From the IMG/VR virus record IMGVR_UViG_3300049215_000481, positions 14,857 to 78,856 of that record: a DNA stretch of 64,000 nt. One strand, 5' to 3'. Below, one piece after another: positions 9,428 through 16,615 of the stretch. Below the pieces are notes generated by a model. The model had not been told where the DNA came from, made no database searches, and saw nothing but the letters and a program-made list of their open reading frames with translations. Source of the DNA: a virus. A program made the position numbers and the translations under genes. Positions within the stretch are counted from its first letter, which is position 1; each line of letters opens with the position of its first letter.

Positions 9428-9811
9428 ATGTCATCCACGAACACCAAGAAGGCTCCCATCTACAACTACCGCTCCGGCGGTTGGGTCGGATTCGACCTCG
9501 ACGGCACGCTGGCCGTATACGACGAGTGGCGTGGCGCCACGCACATCGGCGAGCCCATCATGCCGAACGTAAAGCGGGCTCAGCGCTACCTGCAGGACGG
9601 CATCGAGGTCCGCATTTTCACGGCGCGCGCCGACGGTGGCCTCGACCTCGAAGAGGTCACCAACGCGATCCAGGACTGGACCGAGAAGCACATCGGCCGA
9701 CGCCTCGCGGTGACCAACCGGAAGGACTTCGGGATGATCCGCCTGTACGACGACCGCGCCATCCAGGTCGAGTTCAACACCGGCCGGCGCGTCGACGGCC
9801 GCGAAGACTAG
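9428..9811 (+). CDS. HAD-like phosphatase (polynucleotide kinase phosphatase-like)
   Basis: GFDLDGTLA, IFTAR, K, LYDDRA motifs. Confidence 0.8.
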   Translation: MSSTNTKKAPIYNYRSGGWVGFDLDGTLAVYDEWRGATHIGEPIMPNVKRAQRYLQDGIEVRIFTARADGGLDLEEVTNAIQDWTEKHIGRRLAVTNRKDFGMIRLYDDRAIQVEFNTGRRVDGRED

Positions 9812-9829
9812 ATTCGCTATGCGCCCACC

Positions 9830-10340
9830 ATGGGCGCGCGAAGACTCCGCAACCTCATCCACCACGCCGCCAGCGCGCACCTCTGCCTGGTGCCGCTGTC
9901 GCGTGAGGGCTTCTACGCCGTCGTCGACAAGATCGACGCGCCGTACGTCGCGCAGTACAGGTGGGCGGTCAAGCAAGACCACAAGGCGTTATACGCCAAG
10001 ACGGTCATCGACGGACACCACGTCCTCCTGCACCGCTTCATCTGGGCGCTGCACGCACGGCCGGAAGCGCGTCTCATCGACCACAAGGACGGCGACGGGC
10101 TCAACAACCAGTTGAGCAACCTGCGCGCGGCGTCCACCTTTCAGAACACGGCCAACCGAGGCGACAGTGCGCTCTCGTCGAGTGGCATCCGCGGCGTCGC
10201 ACTCCGCAAGGGGTTGTGGCGAGTGCGCCTGAAGCAGAACGGCAAGGAAGTGCACGTCGGCTACTTCCGCCGCAAACGCGACGCGGTCCGCGCGCAACCG
10301 AGCAGCACGCGCTCTGCACGGCGAGTTCGCAAGAACACAT
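9830..10340 (+). CDS. HNH-AP2 homing endonuclease, frameshifted near its 3' end
   Basis: LHR..IDHKDGDGLNN..NLR...SGIRGV..W...GYF; the AP2 tail RNRAARALHGEFAR continues in another frame after a CG run at about 10289-10295. Confidence 0.8.
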
Positions 10341-10356
10341 TCGCTATGGGCCCCAC

Positions 10357-11193
10357 ATGTCGAACAAACAGCTCATGGTCGCCGACGTCAACGGCGTGGT
10401 CCACGACATCGCGATCACCGAGTACGCCGACGGCGCTCCTCTCATCAAGCAGCGCATCGACCTCAACGAAGCACGCATCCTGTTCCGCCCGAACTCGATG
10501 AAGGAGTTCGTCGCGGCGATGTTCTGGTGCGACGCAATGGACGAGCGGTACGACGGGTACCCTCATCTCGTCCTGCCCTTCGTGCCCGGCGCGCGCCAGG
10601 ACCGTCTCAACGACGAGGGCGACGCGCTCTTCACGCTCAAGAGCGTCGCCAAGATGATCAACGAGCGGTCGTTCGCGTCCGTCACGGTTGTCGACCCCCA
10701 CTCGTACGTCACGCCGGCACTCATCGACCGCTGCATCGTCATCCCGGCCGTCGACTGCATCCAGTCGTACACGCGTAGGATCGCCGGCGTCGTGTCGCCC
10801 GACGCGGGCGCCGAGAAGCGCGCCAGCTCCATCGCGAAGTTCTTCCACGTGCCGCTCTTCCACGCCTGGAAGAGCCGCGACATCGAGACGGGCGCGATCA
10901 CCGGCTTCGGCGTCGAGGAGTCGATCAGCGAGCTGCGCGGCAAGCGCGTCCTCGTGGCGGACGACATCTGCGACGGCGGCGGCACCTTCGTCGGCCTCGC
11001 CGACCAGCTCGACGCCCACGGCGTCGCGGCCGACCTCTACGTCACTCACGGTCTCTTCACGCAGGGAACGGCGCGGCTCAAGAGCCGCTTCCGCCACGTG
11101 TGGACGACCGACTCCGTCCTCAACAACGCCACGGGCGTCGACGTCATGCGCGTCTGCGAGCGCCTGCTCTTCCAACCCTCTCTGAAAGGCTGA
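10357..11193 (+). CDS. Ribose-phosphate pyrophosphokinase-like protein (candidate Adps)
   Basis: PFVPGARQDR, VDPHS, VSPDAGAEKR, VADDICDGGGTF, LYVTHGLF; ATG 9 nt after the motif. Confidence 0.9.
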   Translation: MSNKQLMVADVNGVVHDIAITEYADGAPLIKQRIDLNEARILFRPNSMKEFVAAMFWCDAMDERYDGYPHLVLPFVPGARQDRLNDEGDALFTLKSVAKMINERSFASVTVVDPHSYVTPALIDRCIVIPAVDCIQSYTRRIAGVVSPDAGAEKRASSIAKFFHVPLFHAWKSRDIETGAITGFGVEESISELRGKRVLVADDICDGGGTFVGLADQLDAHGVAADLYVTHGLFTQGTARLKSRFRHVWTTDSVLNNATGVDVMRVCERLLFQPSLKG

Positions 11194-11200
11194 TCCGCAC

Positions 11201-12685
11201 ATGAACCTCTCTCCTCTGACCCGCAGCGCACTCCAGGCCGTCACGCGCATCGACGGCTACAAGCTGGACCACCGGCGGCAGTACCCGAAGAACACCACCC
11301 GCGTCTACTCCAACTGGACCCCGCGCGGCACCCGCGTCGAGGGCCAGAAGAAGGTCGTCGCCCTCGGCACCCCGTTCCTGGTCCAGAAGTACCTGGTCGA
11401 GGACTTCGAGCCGTTCTTCGCGGCCAACATCGACGAGGTGTGCGCGGCCTACGAGGCCCGCGTCAACGGCTACCTCGGCCCGAACTCGATCGGCTCGGAC
11501 CACATCCGCGCGCTGCACGCCCTCGGCTACCTGCCGCTGGAGATCCGCGCGCTGCCCGAGGGCACGCACGTCCCGCTGCGCATCCCGATGGTGACGGTCG
11601 AGAACACGCACGACGACTTCGCGTGGCTCGTGAACTACTTCGAGACGCTCATTTCGAGCGTGCTCTGGATGCCGTCGACGTCGGCCACCTCCGCGCTCCG
11701 CGTGCGTGAGGTCCTGGAGGACGGCGCGCGTCTCACCGGCTCACCGCTCGGGTTCGTCGACTGGCAGGGGCACGACTTCTCGTTCCGCGGCATGCTGCTG
11801 CCCGAGGGCGCGGCGCTGTCGGGCGTCGGCCACCTGCTCTTCTTCACGGGCACCGACACGCTGCCCGCGATCGACCTCATCGAGCAGTACTACGGCGTCC
11901 CCGAGGGCTACCTCATCGCCGGCTCCGTCGCCGCGACCGAGCACTCGGTCATGTGCGCTGGCGGCAAGGAGGACGAGCGCGCGACGTTCGAGCGCCTGCT
12001 GGAGCTGTACCCAGAGGGGATCGTCTCGGTCGTCTCGGACACGTGGGACCTCTGGAAGGTCCTCACCGAGATCCTGCCGTCGCTCAAGGACCGCATCATG
12101 GCCCGCAACGGCAAGCTCGTCATCCGCCCCGACTCGGGCAACCCCGCGGACATCGTCTGTGGTGACCCGAACGCGCCCGAGGGTTCGCCCGCTCGCAAGG
12201 GCGTCATTGAGCTGCTCTGGGAGACGTTCGGCGGCACAAAGACGGACCTCGGCTTCAAGGTGCTCGACTCACACATCGGCTGCATCTACGGCGACGCCAT
12301 CACCCGCGACCGCGCCAAGGAGATCATCGAGCGCCTCGCGGCCAAGGGCTTCGCGTCCTGCAACATGGTGTTCGGCGTCGGCTCGTTCACCTACCAGTTC
12401 GTCACGCGCGACACCTACTCCTTCGCGATGAAGGCGACGTGGGCCATGGTCGACGGCGAGGGCCGCGACCTGTTCAAGTCGCCCATCACTGACAAGGGCG
12501 AGAAGAAGAGCGCCAAGGGTCGCCTCGCGGTCCTGCGCGACGAGAACGGCGAGCTGTACCTCGTCGAAGGCGCGACGCCCGAGCAGGAGGCCGCGTCGCT
12601 CCTCCGCGTCGTTTGGCGCAACGGCCAGTTCCTCGTGCGCGAGACGTTCGACGTCATCCGCGCCCGCGCGCAGTCCGAGCGCTGA
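11201..12685 (+). CDS. Nicotinamide phosphoribosyltransferase-like protein (NadV/NAMPT; candidate Namat)
   Basis: DGYKLDH..QYP, HDFSFRG, ATEHSVM, SVVSDTWD, IRPDSG, IYGDAI, GVGS, KKSAKG motifs. Confidence 0.93.
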   Translation: MNLSPLTRSALQAVTRIDGYKLDHRRQYPKNTTRVYSNWTPRGTRVEGQKKVVALGTPFLVQKYLVEDFEPFFAANIDEVCAAYEARVNGYLGPNSIGSDHIRALHALGYLPLEIRALPEGTHVPLRIPMVTVENTHDDFAWLVNYFETLISSVLWMPSTSATSALRVREVLEDGARLTGSPLGFVDWQGHDFSFRGMLLPEGAALSGVGHLLFFTGTDTLPAIDLIEQYYGVPEGYLIAGSVAATEHSVMCAGGKEDERATFERLLELYPEGIVSVVSDTWDLWKVLTEILPSLKDRIMARNGKLVIRPDSGNPADIVCGDPNAPEGSPARKGVIELLWETFGGTKTDLGFKVLDSHIGCIYGDAITRDRAKEIIERLAAKGFASCNMVFGVGSFTYQFVTRDTYSFAMKATWAMVDGEGRDLFKSPITDKGEKKSAKGRLAVLRDENGELYLVEGATPEQEAASLLRVVWRNGQFLVRETFDVIRARAQSER

Positions 12686-12691
12686 GCGGCC

Positions 12692-13156
12692 ATGCACCGG
12701 CCACTCGACCAAGAGCCCGAGATCGTCGTCAACGGCGTGCGCCTCTCGCGCGCGCAGGCGAAGGCGGTCCGGGTGGCGGTGACGGACTTCAACGCCCAGA
12801 TGACGACCCCACACGCTGCCGAGTGTCTGGGGTCGCCGCTGGCGTCCGCGTACCTGGACCGTACGAACGAAGTCATCGGCCTCATGCTCGCGCCTCGGGT
12901 GGAGACGTCGATCCCACACCCGAAGATCTCGGTCTTCTTCAACGAGATGGGTGCCTCGTTCATCGTGCAGCAGGACATCACGCTCACGAACGAGCAGATG
13001 CTGGACCTCAGCGACCACGTCAGCCGCTTCAAGGCGCCGCCGCACCTCGTGGACAAGGTGGCGCTGCAGGAGGCTGTCGACGCGTGGGGGCGGCGCCTCG
13101 TCGCGAACAACCACATCGAGCTGGACTACATCACGGGCAAGTGGGTGCAGAGATGA
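12692..13156 (+). CDS. Hypothetical protein
   Basis: 154 aa ORF following NAMPT. Confidence 0.65.
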   Translation: MHRPLDQEPEIVVNGVRLSRAQAKAVRVAVTDFNAQMTTPHAAECLGSPLASAYLDRTNEVIGLMLAPRVETSIPHPKISVFFNEMGASFIVQQDITLTNEQMLDLSDHVSRFKAPPHLVDKVALQEAVDAWGRRLVANNHIELDYITGKWVQR

Positions 13157-13718
13157 GCTGTCGACACGACCTGGCCAACGGAACCTGCAGCGTCTGCTAC
13201 CCGGCGACCGGAGTGGTCAACCCGGGCCCCGAAGAGGCATGCCCGGACAACCTCGATGGCCCAGGCGCGGTTCCGCGGCAGTTCGGCGCGTGCAAGACGG
13301 TCAGCCGCCGGGTCGCGCCTCCCCCCCGCCGGTCGGCGGACAGGAGTTCGACGAGGTCGGACGCGGCTACTGGAACTGCCCGGGGCTGGACCACGTCGGC
13401 TCGTCCAGCGACACCGACGTCGAGGACCCGCACGAGTTCCGCGAGCCGTCCACCAAGGCCGAAGCTAATCTCCTCTCGTCACTGTGCGCGGACGGCCTAC
13501 ACCGTCCCGTGCTCGACATCGACATCCCGGCCCACTTCGTCCCGAGCAGCACGCCGGGGCACGCCCACCTCTACATCGACCAGGGCATGACCTGGGAGCG
13601 CTACGAGAAGCTCCTGCGCGCGCTCGACGAGGCAGGCGTCCTGGAGCCCGGCTACGTGAACGCAGCGCTCACGCGCAAGGCGACGTTCGTGCGTCCCGAG
13701 TGGGTCCGCAAGGCCTAG
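13153..13718 (+). CDS. Hypothetical phage protein, frameshifted at a C7 tract
   Basis: MSCRHDL... N-part; the conserved-looking HRPVLDIDIP..VPSSTPGHxHLYID C-part is in another frame; junction at C7 13321-13327. Confidence 0.6.
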
Positions 13719-13756
13719 CCGGACTTTCGCTATCGGTCTCTTAGGAGGTCGACAGC

Positions 13757-14164
13757 ATGTGCTCCCCCAACACGCCACACACCGAAGTCGTCCAGCGCAA
13801 GGCCGAGGAGGCCCTGCTCAAGATGGCGCGCTACCTCTGCGGCAGCGCCAAGCCGTGCGAGAAACACGCGAACCAGGCGAAGGACCTCTTCGCCATGGCC
13901 GCCCAGACGTTCCGAGTCGAGCAGCCGGACGCGTCGGTGCACGTACCGACACCTCCGCCGGCCACCGAGATCACTCCCGAGGAAATCGAGCGCTCCTGCG
14001 CGATGAAGACGCGCTACCGCTCGCCGGAGGCCGCCGGCCGCGCCGCGCAGACCGCGTACAACGAGCGTGGCGTCACGGGGCTGCGGGTGTACCCCTGCCC
14101 CATCTGCAGTGGATTCCACCTCACCAAGGAGTCGCTGGAGACGTACATCAGCGGTCGCGGCTGA
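13757..14164 (+). CDS. Zinc-ribbon protein
   Basis: Motif plus AGGAGG SD; C..KxRY...LRVYPCPICSGFHLT. Confidence 0.75.
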   Translation: MCSPNTPHTEVVQRKAEEALLKMARYLCGSAKPCEKHANQAKDLFAMAAQTFRVEQPDASVHVPTPPPATEITPEEIERSCAMKTRYRSPEAAGRAAQTAYNERGVTGLRVYPCPICSGFHLTKESLETYISGRG

Positions 14165-14378
14165 GGGCGGCAGCCGCCTCAAGCACACCGTGCCCCTTGC
14201 AGGTCGGGCACTGAGCGACGTGGTCGGACTCGATGCAGTACTCGCACATGAGCCTACCTGCGACCGCCGGATTCTTGCAGCCGGTCTGGCCCTTGTGCAG
14301 GCACATGCACGGGGCCACCGGCTCCTGCTTCAGCGCCTCTTGGTTGTACTGGCGGTGCTTCTCGTCTCCCAATGCCAT
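14148..14378 (-). CDS. Small Cys-rich protein
   Basis: ATG 14378 is 9 nt after the - strand TTCGCTAT; several CxxC. Confidence 0.55.
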   Translation of the reverse strand: MALGDEKHRQYNQEALKQEPVAPCMCLHKGQTGCKNPAVAGRLMCEYCIESDHVAQCPTCKGHGVLEAAAALSRDR

Positions 14379-14400
14379 CGGAGACATATAGCGAATCTCG

Positions 14401-15588
14401 CTAGTTCAGCGGCGCGGCGACGTCGTTCGCGGGAGCAACCAGGTTGACCTGGACGCGTCCGCGGTCGACGTCGTTGAAGGAGTCGGGGCGGAGGTGGGCG
14501 TAGCGCTCCGTGATCGTGACGCTGGAGTGGCCCATCATCTCGCAGAGCTTCTCCAGCGAGCCGCCGGCCAGGACCCACTGGGAGGCGAACGTGTGGCGCG
14601 TCGCCTGGTACCAGGTCATCTCGTCGAGCTGCAGGCGCTCCAGCACCTCTTCGAGCGCGTCGGCAATGACGTGGCGATTGAGAAAGGGCGTGGTCTGGCG
14701 CGAGGAGATGGACGGGCACACGAGCCCATGGCCGCCGCAGCGAGCGCGGTACGCGAGCAGGAGAGGCGCCAGGCTGTCGAAGAGCGGCACCACCCGGCTC
14801 TCGCCGTCCTTCAGGGGCGCGAAGCCGTCGTCGGTCCGCTCGCGGCCAGTCGTGCGCTCACATTGGACCTGGACGTGGATCTCCTTCCGCTCGAACGAGA
14901 TGTCGGACCAGCGGAGCCCGAGGACCTCTCCCGTGCGAAGCCCGGCGAGGGCCCCGAGAGCGTAGGCGACCGCGATGACCTCGTGCTGCTCCAGCAGCGC
15001 CCGGTAGACGCGCTCGACGTCCTGGGGCGTGCGGATGAAGGGGACCTTCCGCGGGTCGTGCTCCGAGCGCAGGTACTTCTCGCGCGTGGCCTTCGACAGG
15101 AGCTTCACCGGGTTCAGACGAGCCACGCCGTCCTCGACCAGGTCCGAGTACAGGGACGACAGCAAGCTGATGCAGAGGTTCGCCGTGGACTTCGACAACC
15201 CCTTCGCGAGCAGGCCCTTGATGAGCTGCTTCAGCTCTGGAACGCCGACCTGGTTCGGGCTGTAGGAGCCGACCTCGGACGCCAGATGCAGGTTCCAGCG
15301 GTTCCTGTCGTCGTAGGCTGACGCGTTCGTCCGCAAGGCCAGCCACGCCTCGGCGTGGGCCTTGAGCGGCCGGCTGGGCTCGCGCTCGGTGACGACCAGG
15401 CCGACCTCGCCGCGGATGACGTTCGCCGTGACCTGCGCCAGCGTCTGCTTGGCCAGCTCCTCCGACGGGAAGCTCTTCGTCTTCCTGGTGCCGTCCAGCT
15501 CCGTCCACTGGATGATGTGGCGGTTCCCGCGGGCGTAGTACGTGCCGGCGCCATGGGTCCTGCGGTGGGTCTTTTTCTTCCGAGCCAT
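14401..15588 (-). CDS. int: Tyrosine recombinase / phage integrase
   Basis: GLRTGE (catalytic R), K, YQATRHT (HxxR variant), MGHSS..ITERYAH (H, Y); N-terminal arm-binding and SAM-like regions. Confidence 0.93.
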   Translation of the reverse strand: MARKKKTHRRTHGAGTYYARGNRHIIQWTELDGTRKTKSFPSEELAKQTLAQVTANVIRGEVGLVVTEREPSRPLKAHAEAWLALRTNASAYDDRNRWNLHLASEVGSYSPNQVGVPELKQLIKGLLAKGLSKSTANLCISLLSSLYSDLVEDGVARLNPVKLLSKATREKYLRSEHDPRKVPFIRTPQDVERVYRALLEQHEVIAVAYALGALAGLRTGEVLGLRWSDISFERKEIHVQVQCERTTGRERTDDGFAPLKDGESRVVPLFDSLAPLLLAYRARCGGHGLVCPSISSRQTTPFLNRHVIADALEEVLERLQLDEMTWYQATRHTFASQWVLAGGSLEKLCEMMGHSSVTITERYAHLRPDSFNDVDRGRVQVNLVAPANDVAAPLN

Positions 15589-15594
15589 GGACCC

Positions 15595-15623
15595 ACTATA
15601 TGGGCACTCGCCGGGGTAGTCAA
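15595..15623 (-). promoter_or_regulatory. Canonical sigma70 promoter of the integrase (leaderless)
   Basis: TTGACT-N17-TATAGT-N6-ATG on the - strand. Confidence 0.8.
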
Positions 15624-15703
15624 GGGGGTCGTTCCAGGCCGCACCTAATCTTCTGGGGGACCGTTCCAACCAACCTCAACCCAGAAAGAAAGGACTCCCG
15701 GTC

Positions 15704-16189
15704 ATGTCGAAAGAAATCATCTCCCAGGGCAATCCGTTCGCAGTCGAGTTCCGTGACCGCGAGTTCGGCAAGGGCGCTTCCAAGAGCGTCATCAACGCAG
15801 ACGAGACGGGCCTCAAGCTCGGTGGCCGCACGGTCCTCGGCGACCCGTCGGTCTCGGTCGGCGCTCTCACCGCCAACAAGGTGCAGGTCACGTTCCAGCT
15901 CAACGACTGCCTCGGCAACCCCCACCTCGCGGTGCGCCGCGTGTTCGTGTGGGTGAGCGCGACGCCGGGTGCGACCTCGGTCGGCACCTCGACGACCGGC
16001 CTGACGACCTCGGTCGACACGGGCGTGGCCATCACGGCGGTGTCGGGCAACCTGACGGTCGACTGTCTCACGGACGCGACCGGCAAGCTGGTCATCGGCC
16101 TGACGGATGCGGCCGGTGCGGAGACGCGCTACGTGAACTTCGCGGTCGACGACAAGATCTTCTCCAGCGCCGCGGTCGTCACCTCGTAA
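15704..16189 (+). CDS. Putative virion structural protein (beta-rich, Ig-like)
   Basis: Late motif upstream, AAGGA SD, T/V/G-rich, followed by a terminator. Confidence 0.6.
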   Translation: MSKEIISQGNPFAVEFRDREFGKGASKSVINADETGLKLGGRTVLGDPSVSVGALTANKVQVTFQLNDCLGNPHLAVRRVFVWVSATPGATSVGTSTTGLTTSVDTGVAITAVSGNLTVDCLTDATGKLVIGLTDAAGAETRYVNFAVDDKIFSSAAVVTS

Positions 16190-16222
16190 TTTCCTCTCTC
16201 GCTTAGCTTAGCTGATTGGCTG

Positions 16223-16261
16223 ACGCCCCGGCACCGAGAGGTGACCGGGGCGTTTGCGTTT
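16223..16261 (+). terminator. Rho-independent terminator
   Basis: ACGCCCCGG...CCGGGGCGT hairpin followed by TTGCGTTT; lies between convergent genes. Confidence 0.75.
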
Positions 16262-16569
16262 CAGGACGTCCTCAGCTTCGACATCAATTTGAGCGCTGCA
16301 GCGGCGCCGTCCTTGGCGCGCACCTTCTTGATTCGCTCGCGCTCCGCGCCTTTGAAAGAGTGCAGGCGGCCGATGTACTTCCCGTGAAGTGAGGCCGCCG
16401 CACTCGGCGCGTTTTTCTTCTTCATCGGCACCTTCTTTGACGCCGCCGGTCCGTTGATGAGCGCCTCCAGCGCGTTCCGTGCACTTTGTCTCGATTCGAC
16501 CTCCATGAGAGCGCCGAGGTCACCCACGAACTTCTCCACTAGGTCTCTGAGTTGCTTTGAGGTCTCCAT
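16261..16569 (-). CDS. Small basic, possibly DNA-binding protein
   Basis: 102 aa; helical N-half, Lys/Ala linker, basic C-terminal LHGKYIGRL motif; antisense to its neighbours. Confidence 0.6.
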   Translation of the reverse strand: METSKQLRDLVEKFVGDLGALMEVESRQSARNALEALINGPAASKKVPMKKKNAPSAAASLHGKYIGRLHSFKGAERERIKKVRAKDGAAAALKLMSKLRTS

Positions 16570-16615
16570 GTGGCGGAGCGTACCTTAGCTCCCAACGGCC
16601 CGCAATCTTGAGCAC

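Larger units (their letters stand above)
1226..14395. promoter_or_regulatory. Repeated TTCGCTAT motif (putative phage early/middle promoter), left-arm copies
   Basis: + strand at 1226, 2286, 2422, 2877, 3360, 3961, 5002, 5954, 6526, 7235, 8168, 9409 (AACGCTAT variant), 9813, 10340, 13726; - strand at 14388-14395. Each lies just upstream of a gene start and in the same orientation. Confidence 0.85.

Noticed and set aside
1226-14395. TTCGCTAT repeats as a CRISPR array or integron attC sites
   Set aside because: The core is only 8-12 bp, spacing is irregular and gene-sized, there is no attC-type palindrome and no cas genes
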